From: a bacterium
GTDB taxonomy: Bacteria; Patescibacteriota; Minisyncoccia; Phycocordibacterales; Phycocordibacteraceae
Assembly: GCA_037200965.1 (NCBI GenBank)
Contig: JBBCGK010000001.1
Location: 160,001-224,000, forward strand
Reading direction: 5' to 3'
DNA: 64,000 nucleotides
Shown one piece after another: positions 50,197 through 59,998 of this stretch. The number at the start of each line of letters is the position of its first letter. Position 1 is the stretch's first letter. The translations under genes and the position numbers were made by a program. The notes beneath the pieces were generated by a model. The model ran no database searches, was not told where the DNA came from, and was given only the letters and a program-made list of their open reading frames with translations.

Positions 50197-51460
50197 ATCG
50201 ATAACGGCCGAATTGCTTGCGGTGCTCGCGCGCCTTATCGTGCGCAAGTACAAGCCGGCCATCGTCATGGTCACGGGATCGGTGGGGAAGACGTCGACCA
50301 AGGACGCGGTCGCCGCGACGCTCCATACGGCGCTCTTCGTCCGGGCGAGCGCTAAAAGCTATAACAGCGAGTTCGGCGTCCCGCTCACGATCCTCGGCGC
50401 GGCGAACCCGTGGTCGAATCCGCTCGGCTGGGCGCGGGTATTCAAGGAAGCACTCGCGCTCCTTATCCTTCCCAACCACTATCCGAAAGTGCTCGTACTT
50501 GAGGTTGGCGCCGACCGCCCGGGAGATTTGGCACGGATACTCCGGATCGCGACGCCGAGCCTCGTGATCGTGACAAGGCTCCCGGCCGTGCCCGTGCATG
50601 TGGAGGCCTATGCGAGCCCCGAAGCAGTGCGGGAAGAGGAGTTCGCCCCCGCCTATGCGCTCGCCCCCGGTGCCCCGCTCGTCCTTTCGGCGGACGATTC
50701 TTTCGCGCTCGCGCTCGCGAAGCGCCTCGACACCAAGACCGTTACGTACGGCATGGCACCGGATGCTGACGTGCGAGTCATAAATCCGGGGCTCCATATC
50801 GAAGCAGGAAAGCCGGTCGGCATGCAGGCCACGCTTCGCGCGGCGAAGGAAGAAGCGCGGATTATCATTCGCGGCGCGCTTGGCGAACAGCAGCTTCTTC
50901 CGGCGGCCGCTGCGATCGCCGCGGCGCTCGCGCTCGGTTTGTCGTTTGCCGATGCCCTCGAAGGTCTTGCAAGCTACGCCCCGCCTCCAGGGCGCACGCG
51001 GCTCCTTGAGGGCGCGAACGGCTCCCTCCTTATCGACGACTCATACAATTCTTCTCCGGCAGCGGTCGAGGAAGGACTCAAAGCGCTCAACCTGCTGCGG
51101 GCGAAGCGCCGCATCGCCGTTCTCGCGGATATGCTCGAGCTCGGGCGCTATTCGGTCGCCGAGCACGAGCGCATCGGAGCGCTTGCCGCCGAAAGCGCCG
51201 ATATCGTCGTCGCGGTCGGTATTCGCGCCCGAGCGCTCGCCGAAAAGGCGCGGGAAGGGAACGAAGAGAACGTGCTTGCCTTCGACAGCGCGCGGGAAGC
51301 GGCGGGCACGCTTCGCGGCCTTATACAAGAAGGCGATGTCCTGCTTATCAAAGGCTCCCAATCGATGCGCATGGAGCGCGTAACGGAAGCGCTCCTTGCC
51401 GATCCGCTCGATGCCGCGAAGCTGGTGCGCCAGGATCGGGAGTGGAAGCGGAAGCTTTGA
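50180..51460 (+). CDS. murF: UDP-MurNAc-tripeptide--D-Ala-D-Ala ligase MurF
   Basis: Mur ligase P-loop VTGSVGKTSTKD. Sits in dcw context. Confidence 0.85.
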   Translation: MKTILRSITAELLAVLARLIVRKYKPAIVMVTGSVGKTSTKDAVAATLHTALFVRASAKSYNSEFGVPLTILGAANPWSNPLGWARVFKEALALLILPNHYPKVLVLEVGADRPGDLARILRIATPSLVIVTRLPAVPVHVEAYASPEAVREEEFAPAYALAPGAPLVLSADDSFALALAKRLDTKTVTYGMAPDADVRVINPGLHIEAGKPVGMQATLRAAKEEARIIIRGALGEQQLLPAAAAIAAALALGLSFADALEGLASYAPPPGRTRLLEGANGSLLIDDSYNSSPAAVEEGLKALNLLRAKRRIAVLADMLELGRYSVAEHERIGALAAESADIVVAVGIRARALAEKAREGNEENVLAFDSAREAAGTLRGLIQEGDVLLIKGSQSMRMERVTEALLADPLDAAKLVRQDREWKRKL

Positions 51461-51479
51461 TTGGGTTCCGTTTTATATA

Positions 51480-52050
51480 GTAACCAACCGCCGGACTAAG
51501 GTCCGGCGGCTTTGCGTCTGCCTGCTTGACGCAGGCTAGGCGATCAGTTTCGCGAAGAGCGAAGGCTGGTCGATCTCCTCGTGATGATGCTGGTGGCGTA
51601 CGTAGCGGCGGATGATGTACTCGTCGAGTCCGATGGTGGAGACGAAGTACCCGCGCGCGCCCAGAGAGACTGGCGCTCGTAGAGGTCGTGGGTGCGCTTG
51701 ATCTTCTTCTTGAGCCAGGCAGAGCTCTTGCCCTTGAGGATTTGCATGACATAGGAGACGGAGTCCCGAGGCGTCGCAAGGAGGACGAGGTGGATATGGT
51801 CGTCCTGGATGCTGAGCTCGACGATCTCCCAGTGCTTCCAACGGCAGATCGATTCGAATATCCTGCGCACCTCGTGCTTGACCTTGTCGGAAGCGAGCAC
51901 CTTGCCACGGTACTTGGGCGTCCAGACGAAGTGGTATTTGAGGTCATAGAAACAGTGAGATACTGTGCGTATCGTACGTTTGTTTCGCGAAATACGTATG
52001 AGGGTTAGCCGCTAAAGCAGGGGCTGCCGCCCCTGCTTTAGTATGGCGTC
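51480..52050 (-). mobile_element. degraded IS200/IS605-family element (tnpA remnant flanked by hairpins)
   Basis: A perfect 13-bp-stem hairpin (ctaaagcaggggc-tgcc-gcccctgctttag) lies at 52008-52037. Two hairpins lie at 51489-51535. A Y1 transposase pseudogene lies between them. Confidence 0.45.
51536..51960 (-). pseudogene. IS200-type Y1 transposase TnpA (frameshifted, no clear start codon)
   Basis: YHFVWTPKYR, the DDHIHLVL HuH motif, SVSYVMQILKGKSS and, in another frame, YFVSTIGLDEYIIRRYV. One frame is needed for residues up to about LW and a second frame for the C-terminus. Confidence 0.6.
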
Positions 52051-52810
52051 GCCTTCAAACGTACTCCCCGGCTTCGCCGGGGGTTTTTGGTGATAAGAAA
52101 TGGCCGCTCCCGAAGGAGCGGCCGAATTCAGTTCTCTGCTACAAGCTACTCTTGAGAGGGCGGCGTTCAATTTTCTCGACCGTGAAAAAGCAGGTGGTCT
52201 CGGGGTCTGGCAGCACGCCTTGTTCGTACTCCTGCGCGATAACGATGGCCAACTTTTTCCGGGCGAACGCTTCCAGGAACTTCTTCGCGCCCCAGCCGGG
52301 AATATCGGCGGAACCGTCAGTAATTACTTCGGAGCATTTGATTTGGAGGACAGCGCGCGGTGGCCACCTCATTCCCTTGCAAGAGCGTCTTGATCAGTTC
52401 TGGGCTTGGCGCATCCAAAGAGAACAAGACGATACTTGGGCTACTTCACGTTCTTCATCCCAGACGAACACAGTCGGGCTGATCCCGCGCTTCTTCATTT
52501 CAAGCAGGACCGGCGAGATACAAATCAGCTCGTCCAGCTTGTATTGGAGCTTGATCGCCGCGACGTGGTGATCCGTTTCCGTTTCAACGCCTACCGTCAC
52601 GTAGACGGGCACCGCGTGCACGAACAGGCGCGGGTCTGGTCCGTTTAGCATCAGGACTTCCATGGGAAGCCTCCTTCTGGTTCCTTCTCAAGGGACTATA
52701 AGTATATATCTATGTGCAGTCAGCGGTTGATGCTCGGCAGCAGAGCGCATAAGCTCCGGGTCGGGCGTTTCGCTTTATATTCGCGGATGTTTCTGGTATA
52801 AAAACAACAA

Positions 52811-52882
52811 GGCCCTATCGTCTATCGGTTAGGACGGAAGCTTCTCAAGCTTCAAAGCCGGGTTCGACTCCCGGTAGGGTCA
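52811..52882 (+). tRNA. tRNA-Glu (anticodon CTC)
   Basis: Cloverleaf folded by hand. 7-bp acceptor (GGCCCTA/TAGGGTC), D-stem gtct/ggac, anticodon stem gaagc/gcttc with loop TTCTCAA, T-arm ccggg-TTCGACT-cccgg and discriminator A. No encoded CCA. Confidence 0.8.
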
Positions 52883-52988
52883 TGCATCAGGACAAAGTCC
52901 CTAACGTCCCCTGTATTGAGAATTGCCGTTTCTAATTTCCGTGATATTGTCTTTTCAGGAATGAACACTCACACATGGGAGGCGATCA

Positions 52989-53942
52989 ATGCCATGTCCA
53001 CACGCAAGCCGTCTCGGACGACTGCCTGGCAGGCAGTACGCGACGATCGCGCGGCAACTTAGCGACGATTTTCTCTCGGGCCGGATAAGTCCGGAGGAGT
53101 TTCTAAAGCAAAACTCTCTGGCCGTTCCGAAAAGCGCGGAAGCGCGCTTCAGGATCCGTACGCAAGGTTACGCGCTGGCCAGTTTGGTTATCGAACACTT
53201 CTGGATGTATCTGCAAACCCAAGCGAAGCCGATCGAGCAGGTACTTCGGCAATTCGCGGAACTTCATCGGGGACAGTCCCATACCGAACGGGCACAGGGA
53301 TTCGCCCAGTACTTCAACGTCCTGCTCCAGTTGCTCCACAACCAGTATGTTGAAGAACACCGCGCGAACAGGAGCAGAGGAGGAGCACGTTCGCTCGAGC
53401 ACGATTGGCTGGTCGTGTATATGACCGTGGGGCGCGTCCAGCACCGGAAGTTCAAAAGACTCCCGATGCCATCCATGGCCGACTTGGTTATGATGCTGGC
53501 GCGGATCGCGGAAGTCGCTCCTGTAGTCTTCCTCCGTGATACGGGACGGCCCTTGTTGCAGCAAGAGTTATTCGAGCTGCTCGAGCACCCGTCTCTGCTG
53601 CAACTGTTCGTCGACATTATGATGAATGACCGTTCATCTACCCATCCGCTGATCACAAGACTCGAGGGCACCAAAAAGCTCGATCTCAACAATCCGCATC
53701 AGTCGTTCTCGCGGGACTGCTTCGAGATCTGTTCCTGTAACGACGCGTTCACTCTCCGGATCAAACCGGAAATCATCGAGCGACACCGTTTGCACTATCT
53801 CAAGGCTGCAAAAAAGCGTGACAAACGCCAGAAGCTGCACCCCCAGGTGCTCGGGTGCCCAGTGCTCTATACGGGGAAATTTGCCGATATGCACTACTGG
53901 GTAATCGAACGCTTCAGGCAGTGGTATATCGACAGTGCCTAA
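52989..53942 (+). CDS. hypothetical protein
   Basis: GGGAGG RBS. The 317-aa protein lies immediately downstream of tRNA-Glu in lower-GC DNA. Confidence 0.4.
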   Translation: MPCPHASRLGRLPGRQYATIARQLSDDFLSGRISPEEFLKQNSLAVPKSAEARFRIRTQGYALASLVIEHFWMYLQTQAKPIEQVLRQFAELHRGQSHTERAQGFAQYFNVLLQLLHNQYVEEHRANRSRGGARSLEHDWLVVYMTVGRVQHRKFKRLPMPSMADLVMMLARIAEVAPVVFLRDTGRPLLQQELFELLEHPSLLQLFVDIMMNDRSSTHPLITRLEGTKKLDLNNPHQSFSRDCFEICSCNDAFTLRIKPEIIERHRLHYLKAAKKRDKRQKLHPQVLGCPVLYTGKFADMHYWVIERFRQWYIDSA

Positions 53943-54602
53943 CTAGCACAATACGCGCTCACGGCCACAAGGCTGGGGGCGCGGCCTTTTTAGTTCATGC
54001 CGTACAAAAATACATTCGCAGCAAAAGCAAAAGACCCGTATACACGTACGTCATTTGGAATGCGTACCCGAGTACGCGAGGCACCGATGTGCCGAGCGCT
54101 TTCAAGATACAGAAACGAATAAAGTAGTAATACGGGTCTTCGCCCGCAATCACGATGTGGCGTGGCGTGGCCAGCGGCCCTGCGCGAACCGATACACGGC
54201 CCGTACAGATAACGCGAGCGCGAGAGCCGCGAGAACGAGAGCCGCGTAAGCGATTCCCTTCCAGAGCAGCCGTTCGCCCATAAGCTCGAACAGATCGAGC
54301 TTTACGCGGCAGAGGTTCTGAGACTGTAGCCGGAGCAGATCTTGTCCGCCTTCTTCGAGCGTGCGCTCGACGAACGCGGCATAGAAGCTCGTAGCCAAGA
54401 GAACCACAAACGTCCAGAACCAGACCCTGCACATTATGATTGAAGGTTGCCGGCGGGAATCCGCCGGAGTTTCAGAACGTTTCAAGATACATCTCCCCTC
54501 GTTGAAACCGAGTATGAAGATACCACAGGTGTCTTAAAAAAGCAAGTCTTTTCCTGATAAAGCAAAAGGGCGGCCCGAAGACCGCCCTTTTCCATTAAAG
54601 TG

Positions 54603-55094
54603 TTATCCCTCGGGACGTTCCTCGTTTGAGGAGGAGGTTCTTTCCCAGGGACGGCCAGCGGTGAAAAACGTGTCGTTCTCTACGCCGTCCCTTATGCGCG
54701 CCCATTCTCGCTCCGTAAAGACGGCGTTCGCCGGAGGATTCTCTGTCCTCTGCTGCGACCGTGGTCTAGGAGCCAAAGGCATGTCTTCGACCCTGCTCTC
54801 CGCTTCTTTTTGACGAAGTCTTTTAGCGAGAGAAAACAGCGCCAGGGTCTGCGGCTCGGCCGAGAGCTTCACGCCCGCCGCCTCAAGCGCCCTGCTCGCG
54901 GCGGTACGGGGAATAAGGGCGGTACGCATTAGCGCGAGCTTCTCGACCACTTTCGCGGCCAGTTCGCGATCGACCGTCACGCCTTTTTTTTGTTCCATTA
55001 CCACCAGTTCCGCTTCCCAGCCCTCGTACTTCGGGGCCGGCGCTCCTTCAGATGTGCGATTTGCACGCATCGGAGACTCCATAGGGTTACGCAT
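54603..55094 (-). CDS. hypothetical protein
   Basis: An ORF with several candidate starts. An internal Met was chosen. Confidence 0.3.
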   Translation of the reverse strand: MRNPMESPMRANRTSEGAPAPKYEGWEAELVVMEQKKGVTVDRELAAKVVEKLALMRTALIPRTAASRALEAAGVKLSAEPQTLALFSLAKRLRQKEAESRVEDMPLAPRPRSQQRTENPPANAVFTEREWARIRDGVENDTFFTAGRPWERTSSSNEERPEG

Positions 55095-55128
55095 TACGCT
55101 TATTGTACTACACCCACCACACCCAATG

Positions 55129-55467
55129 TTACGCTGACTCCGCGACGGGGTCAAAGTCTTTTGGCCAGGAACGCAAGATCCCATCGAGTTCGAGATAGCT
55201 CCGAAGTGCCCGCCCGAGGCGCTGCTGCTCGAGAAGCAGCTGCCCGGGCGTGAAAATCGTCACGGTCTGACCGATGAATATCCGTTGCTCCGGACGGCAG
55301 AAGATGAAGCGGGCCGAGGTTCCGTAGCTCCGCCAGAACGCCTGGGCATCGCTGATAGCAATGTCTCCCAGGCCTTCGATGACCACCAGAAACACGACCA
55401 GCCGACTGGTTCCGCGAGGCTTGAAGTCGCCTGGCGTTTGATCGCAGTAGATTGTACAGGTACGCAT
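55129..55467 (-). CDS. hypothetical protein
   Basis: 112-aa ORF. Confidence 0.3.
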   Translation of the reverse strand: MRTCTIYCDQTPGDFKPRGTSRLVVFLVVIEGLGDIAISDAQAFWRSYGTSARFIFCRPEQRIFIGQTVTIFTPGQLLLEQQRLGRALRSYLELDGILRSWPKDFDPVAESA

Positions 55468-55557
55468 TAGGGATCCTCCAACTTTTTACTCGTTGTAAGG
55501 CCCCACAAACCCAACCCACAAATACTATAACACCCTGATTATGTATTGTCTATGAAT

Positions 55558-56013
55558 TTAAACCAGAAGCGCATCCACGACCGCCTTTACGTCAGCCCCG
55601 TCGGCCTTACCCTTGAGCTCCTTCATGAGCATGCCGGTAAAACGGCCGGCCTCGGCCTTACCAGAAATGCCAAGCTCCGCCATCTTGGCCCTGGCTATCG
55701 TTTCGATCTCCTCGCGGCCCATCATGGAAGGCAGGAGCGTCTCGATGATGGCGAGCTCGGCTTTCTCCTTCCCGGCGAGTTCCGCCCGGCCCGCGTTCGT
55801 GAACTGCTCGATGGAATCCTTGCGCTGGTTCGCCGAACGCTTAAGGACTGCGAGGGCTTCCTCGTCGGTGAGGAATTCGTCCGGCTTCCGTTTCTTCGCG
55901 ACGACTTCGTTCGTCATGGCCGTTACGAGAGACCGGAGGGTCTCAAGCCGCACGGCGTCCCGGGCCTTCATGGCTTCCGGAATGCCTGCTTTGATCGTTT
56001 CGTGAATGGTCAT
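55558..56013 (-). CDS. GatB/YqeY domain protein
   Basis: Characteristic YqeY pattern (...ALAVLKRSANQRKDSIEQF...GKADGADVKAVVDALL). Confidence 0.8.
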   Translation of the reverse strand: MTIHETIKAGIPEAMKARDAVRLETLRSLVTAMTNEVVAKKRKPDEFLTDEEALAVLKRSANQRKDSIEQFTNAGRAELAGKEKAELAIIETLLPSMMGREEIETIARAKMAELGISGKAEAGRFTGMLMKELKGKADGADVKAVVDALLV

Positions 56014-56048
56014 GGAGGCATAGTATCACGCCGCGGTATACTGGAGCC

Positions 56049-57131
56049 ATGAATGTCCTTGCCATCGGCATCGCGGTCATCGTACTCCTCATACTCCAAG
56101 GAATCGGTTTCTGGTTCATCTTCGGGCGGGGGAAGCGGGGGAGCGTTCTCCCCGAAGATACTTCGGCCATGATGCTTCTCCAGAAGCAGGTACAGGAGAT
56201 GGCGCGCGTGCTCGACACCCGCGTGTCGGAATCCTCCCGCGCCATGCAGGAAAGCGTCGACCGGCAGCATTCGGAATCGACGAGGCTCATCAAGGAAATC
56301 ACGCAGGAGATCACCTCGGTCAAGGAGATCGGGCGGCAGACCGGGAAATTCGCCGAGCAGCTCCAGAACCTTCAGGATGTGCTCAGCAATCCGAAACAAC
56401 GGGGAATTCTCGGCGAGTATTATCTCGAGACCGTGCTTAAGAACGTGCTTCCGCCCGGGATGTATACGATGCAGCACCCGTTTTCTAACGGCGAGATAGT
56501 GGATGCGGCCGTTTTCATAAGCGACAAGATCGTGCCGATCGATTCCAAGTTCTCGCTCGATAACTACAACCGCTTTATCGGATCACCCCTCAATACCCCC
56601 GAGCGCGCAAGCGCGGAGAAAGCATTCGTGAACGATTTGAAGCTTCGGATAAGCGAAACCGCCAAGTATATCCGCCCCGAGGAAGGAACGATGGATTTCG
56701 CCTTCATGTTCATCCCCTCCGAGGGCATCTATTACGACCTTCTCGTAAACACGATCGGAAGCGGGGAAGAGGAGAACCTCATCCAGCGCGCCGCCGCCAA
56801 ATACAAAGTGATCATCGTCTCGCCCACCTCGTTCCTCGCGTACCTCCAGACCGTGATGCAGGGCCTCAAGGCGCTCCAGATCGAGCAGAAGGCGGTCGAA
56901 ATCCAGAAACGGGTAGGGGAACTCGGAAAGCACATCGGCAGCTACGAGGAATTTTATAAGAAGCTCGGGAACTCCCTCGGGACGGCCGTCTCCCACTACA
57001 ACAGCGGGTATAAGGAGCTCGGGAAGATAGACAAGGACGTATACCGCATCGCGGAGTCCAGGGCGGGGGTTGAGCCTACGCTCCTTGAGAAACCCTTCTT
57101 GAATTCAAACTCTAAATGCCCGCTTCTTTAA
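56049..57131 (+). CDS. rmuC: DNA recombination protein RmuC
   Basis: N-terminal TM, a long coiled-coil and a C-terminal RmuC nuclease-like region (DFAFMFIPSEGIYYDLL). The last 27 bp overlap the IS30-type transposase gene. Confidence 0.75.
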   Translation: MNVLAIGIAVIVLLILQGIGFWFIFGRGKRGSVLPEDTSAMMLLQKQVQEMARVLDTRVSESSRAMQESVDRQHSESTRLIKEITQEITSVKEIGRQTGKFAEQLQNLQDVLSNPKQRGILGEYYLETVLKNVLPPGMYTMQHPFSNGEIVDAAVFISDKIVPIDSKFSLDNYNRFIGSPLNTPERASAEKAFVNDLKLRISETAKYIRPEEGTMDFAFMFIPSEGIYYDLLVNTIGSGEEENLIQRAAAKYKVIIVSPTSFLAYLQTVMQGLKALQIEQKAVEIQKRVGELGKHIGSYEEFYKKLGNSLGTAVSHYNSGYKELGKIDKDVYRIAESRAGVEPTLLEKPFLNSNSKCPLL

Positions 57132-58112
57132 TAATAGCGCAAATGCTTCTTCAGGTGTTTTGAAGCCGATAGCTTTTCTGGGCCGAGTATTGAGCTGCTT
57201 CTGCGCTTGCTTCAAATACTTAGTTGGCACCCGCCGGAAGTCCGTTCCCTTGGGGAAATACTGACGAATAAGGCCATTGGTATTTTCGTTTGTACCACGC
57301 TGCCACGGGCTTTGTGGATCAGCGAAATACACCTGCACCCTGGTCTCTTTGGTGAAGAGTTCGTGCTCAGCCATCTCGCTGCCGCGATCATGGGTGATTG
57401 ATCGGAAGGCTTCGCGGGGCAAGCTCTTCACGGTTTTCGTAAGTGCCATGCGCACCGCAGGAGCGGTCTTTTCTCTGAGCGGCACCAGAATGGTCATGCG
57501 CGTGGTGCGTTCCACCAAGGTCGCAATGGCTGATTGATGTCCTTTGCCGATAATGAGGTCGCTCTCCCAGTGTCCAGGTACTGAGCGGTCTTCCGTTTCT
57601 TTGGGGCGCTCGTGAATACTCACCATATTGGGTATCTTTCCTCGCCTGTCGTGCACCCGATACCTGCGCCTGCGCCCTTCGGCGCCCTGGCGCAGGTACG
57701 ACGTAAGCTCCTTGCGGAGGCTCCCGCGCGGGAGCACATAGATATAGGTGTAGATGGATTCGTGGGAGACTTGCATACGAGTATCTGTAGCGTAGTGCTG
57801 TTTCAAGTACTGCGCAATCTGCTCCGGGCTCCAGCGAAGCCGGAGCTTTGCATACACGACACGCTGAAGAGGCGCGTAGTTGAGCTTCTTCCCGCGTCTC
57901 GGGATTTTCTTTTTCTTTCGTGCATCTTTGTGTGCCCGGCTTGGTCGGTATCCTTCAAACAACGGTTTCGAGCGTCTGAGCTCTCGTCTGATGGTTTTAG
58001 GATCGCGATTGAGCTCGCGTGCGATTTCGACTGGCCAGAAGTAGGCTGCACGCATAAGACCAATGCATTCTCGTTCCTCGAACGTTAGGTGGGTATACAT
58101 ACGTGGTATCAT
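57105..58112 (-). CDS. IS30-family DDE transposase (a second, distinct IS30 element)
   Basis: HTH N-terminus (HLTFEERECIGLM), GHWESDLIIGKGHQ, HDRGSEM and TNENTNGLIRQYFPKGTDF. It is not identical to the 14855/63081 copies. Confidence 0.8.
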   Translation of the reverse strand: MIPRMYTHLTFEERECIGLMRAAYFWPVEIARELNRDPKTIRRELRRSKPLFEGYRPSRAHKDARKKKKIPRRGKKLNYAPLQRVVYAKLRLRWSPEQIAQYLKQHYATDTRMQVSHESIYTYIYVLPRGSLRKELTSYLRQGAEGRRRRYRVHDRRGKIPNMVSIHERPKETEDRSVPGHWESDLIIGKGHQSAIATLVERTTRMTILVPLREKTAPAVRMALTKTVKSLPREAFRSITHDRGSEMAEHELFTKETRVQVYFADPQSPWQRGTNENTNGLIRQYFPKGTDFRRVPTKYLKQAQKQLNTRPRKAIGFKTPEEAFALLLKKRAFRV

Positions 58113-58215
58113 ATGCGGGCAGTTAGAGGTTGAGAGTAGCCTTCGCAAATATTGACTAAACCAATAACATACCGTATTCTCCCGTCGGAACCGAAGCTTT
58201 GAAAAGGAGAATTAG

Positions 58216-59937
58216 ATGCTCGGCGACAAAAACCCGAACGTCCTCGTGCGTGCGATCGCGTTTGACATACGACCGACGCCCGATGACATCGGAACGTTCA
58301 TGCGCGCCAGCGGCGTCCTTCGGGAGCTTTGGAACGAGATCCACACAAAGCGCGCCGCTATCGACGCGCTGTGGGCGATCCCGAAACAAGAGCTCAAGGA
58401 AGCGCACGAGGCGGAAAATGAAGAGCTTGCTGCGGAACTTGAAGCGCATATCGAACGGCTCAACTCCGAGCGCAAGCGCGCCGTCGACGCCCGGAAGGAA
58501 CTCGATGAACGCATCGAAGCAGTCAAGAAGCGGATCTCGGAGTGCCGTACGGCAGAAGAGAAACAAACGCTCGATAAGGAACTTGAGACGCTCTATGCCG
58601 AACGACGGACCTTCTTGCACCTCGAAGGTCCGCGGCCCAGGCCGACGAAGTTCGACTGGATCAATTCCCTGACCGAACGCGACACGCAAGGGCTGAATCG
58701 CCAACTCCTCGAGGAAACGATCAAACGCTACTACGGAGCCGCCCAGAGCAAGAAAGGGAACGAGATGGGCGGGCGCAGGGCGCGGTTCGCGCAAAAACTC
58801 GCCGAACACGAGTTCTGCGAGATACGCGGGCGGACCGTGCGGATAGGCAAGGAGGGCGATCAAAGCGTGTACCTGCGGCTCGGGGAAGTGAACGGGAAGA
58901 AGGTCATGCGATACCCGATCCCCGACTACCAGTGGCGCGAGATCACGGTGGCGGGCGCTGAAGTGAAGTCGTTCACGCTGTTTCGCGCGAACTCCGACCT
59001 CAGGGAACAAAGCGGCTTCAGGATCGCCTTATCGTTTGAGATCCCGAAGCCGCCGGAAACGCGGTTCGTTCCGGAAGAAGCTGCCTTTCTCGTCACCGGG
59101 TCGGACATCATGGCCGTCGCGCGCAGATGCTGCGTTCCGGCCTTCGACCCGCAGTCATTCTGGGGGCCGAGAATCGAAACGATCGAAGCGGCGAGGGCGA
59201 AAGAAAAAGCTCGCGGCGGAAACCTGAAGAAACAGGGCAAGAAAGGCCCGAACGGAAAGGAGTATCCGAAGAAGAACTGGAGGCTCGCCCAGCTTAAGGC
59301 GGCCTCTTATCGAATGCGCCGCGAGCTCGCCGAAGATCTGGGCATTGACTGGAGGAACGTCGAACTTGTCCTCCCACTTCCTCGTCCCGACCGGCATTGG
59401 AAACCGGTCGCGGACGAAATCGGCGACCCGCGCAAGCAGGTCGGACACGAAAAACGGGGCCGCTTCGACGAAGTCGTCAAGGATTCGGCGGCATACCGCG
59501 AACTTTTGGCGGCGCGGCGCGAAGCGTATCGCCACATGCGCGAGCAGCAGAAGCTCTCGCACCGGGAAATGGCCGATTGGCTCCTTGACCGGGTGGGTCC
59601 GAATATCGTGGTACTCGATGTGTCGATCAGGGGCGGCAAGCCGGACGCGCTCGCCGATGCGGGGAAACCCGAGCAAGGCGGCGCTCCGGACGGCAGGAAC
59701 TGGCGCACCCAGAACACCGGGAATATGGCCGATCTGATTCTGCAGCTTACGACCAAAGCTCCGGAACGGGGAGGCCGGGTCATCCGGCACCAGTTCTCGG
59801 TGCCGCCGACCCTTCCGAAACGGAGCCGCCGCAACGCGCATGAGATGAAGATCGCGCGCGCCCGCGCGCTGAGGGAAGATTTCCTCAGGACTCGCGCGCA
59901 TATCGATCAATCTTCGCGAGGCGCGGAAACTGCATAG
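58216..59937 (+). CDS. TnpB/Cas12-like protein, apparently nuclease-dead (573 aa)
   Basis: The N-terminal RAIAFDIRPTPDDIGTFMRASGVLRELWNEIH matches the TnpB/Cas12 WED-start consensus (A.kfRLyPT.eQ...l.......R.vyN). A RuvC-I-like AAFLVTGSDIMAVA follows. The RuvC-II region IVVLDVSIRG has D where E is expected. The RuvC-III region RRNAHEMKIARARAL (cf. DRDENAALNI) has no catalytic Asp. No CxxC..CxxC zinc finger is present. GGAG RBS. Confidence 0.5.
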   Translation: MLGDKNPNVLVRAIAFDIRPTPDDIGTFMRASGVLRELWNEIHTKRAAIDALWAIPKQELKEAHEAENEELAAELEAHIERLNSERKRAVDARKELDERIEAVKKRISECRTAEEKQTLDKELETLYAERRTFLHLEGPRPRPTKFDWINSLTERDTQGLNRQLLEETIKRYYGAAQSKKGNEMGGRRARFAQKLAEHEFCEIRGRTVRIGKEGDQSVYLRLGEVNGKKVMRYPIPDYQWREITVAGAEVKSFTLFRANSDLREQSGFRIALSFEIPKPPETRFVPEEAAFLVTGSDIMAVARRCCVPAFDPQSFWGPRIETIEAARAKEKARGGNLKKQGKKGPNGKEYPKKNWRLAQLKAASYRMRRELAEDLGIDWRNVELVLPLPRPDRHWKPVADEIGDPRKQVGHEKRGRFDEVVKDSAAYRELLAARREAYRHMREQQKLSHREMADWLLDRVGPNIVVLDVSIRGGKPDALADAGKPEQGGAPDGRNWRTQNTGNMADLILQLTTKAPERGGRVIRHQFSVPPTLPKRSRRNAHEMKIARARALREDFLRTRAHIDQSSRGAETA

Positions 59938-59954
59938 CCTCTAGAACTCTGAAC

Positions 59955-59986
59955 GCCCGGACTTGTTCCGGGCGTCTTTTTATTTC
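59955..59986 (+). terminator. intrinsic terminator directly after the tnpB-like gene
   Basis: gcccgga-cttgt-tccgggc stem-loop followed by gtctttttatttc. Confidence 0.65.
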
Positions 59987-59998
59987 ATAATTCATTTC

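Noticed and set aside
51470-51540. Hairpins just after murF as the left end of the IS200 element versus a murF terminator
   Set aside because: I could not decide. The first hairpin lacks a U-tract, and the pair may serve both roles. They are kept inside the mobile-element span with moderate confidence.
58216-59937. Calling the 573-aa protein an active Cas12 effector (for example Cas12f or Cas12m) or an active IS605 TnpB
   Set aside because: I could not locate a D..E..D RuvC triad or any CxxC...CxxC zinc finger. No Y1 tnpA or IS605 hairpin ends flank it. It is therefore listed only as TnpB-like and apparently inactive, pending alignment.
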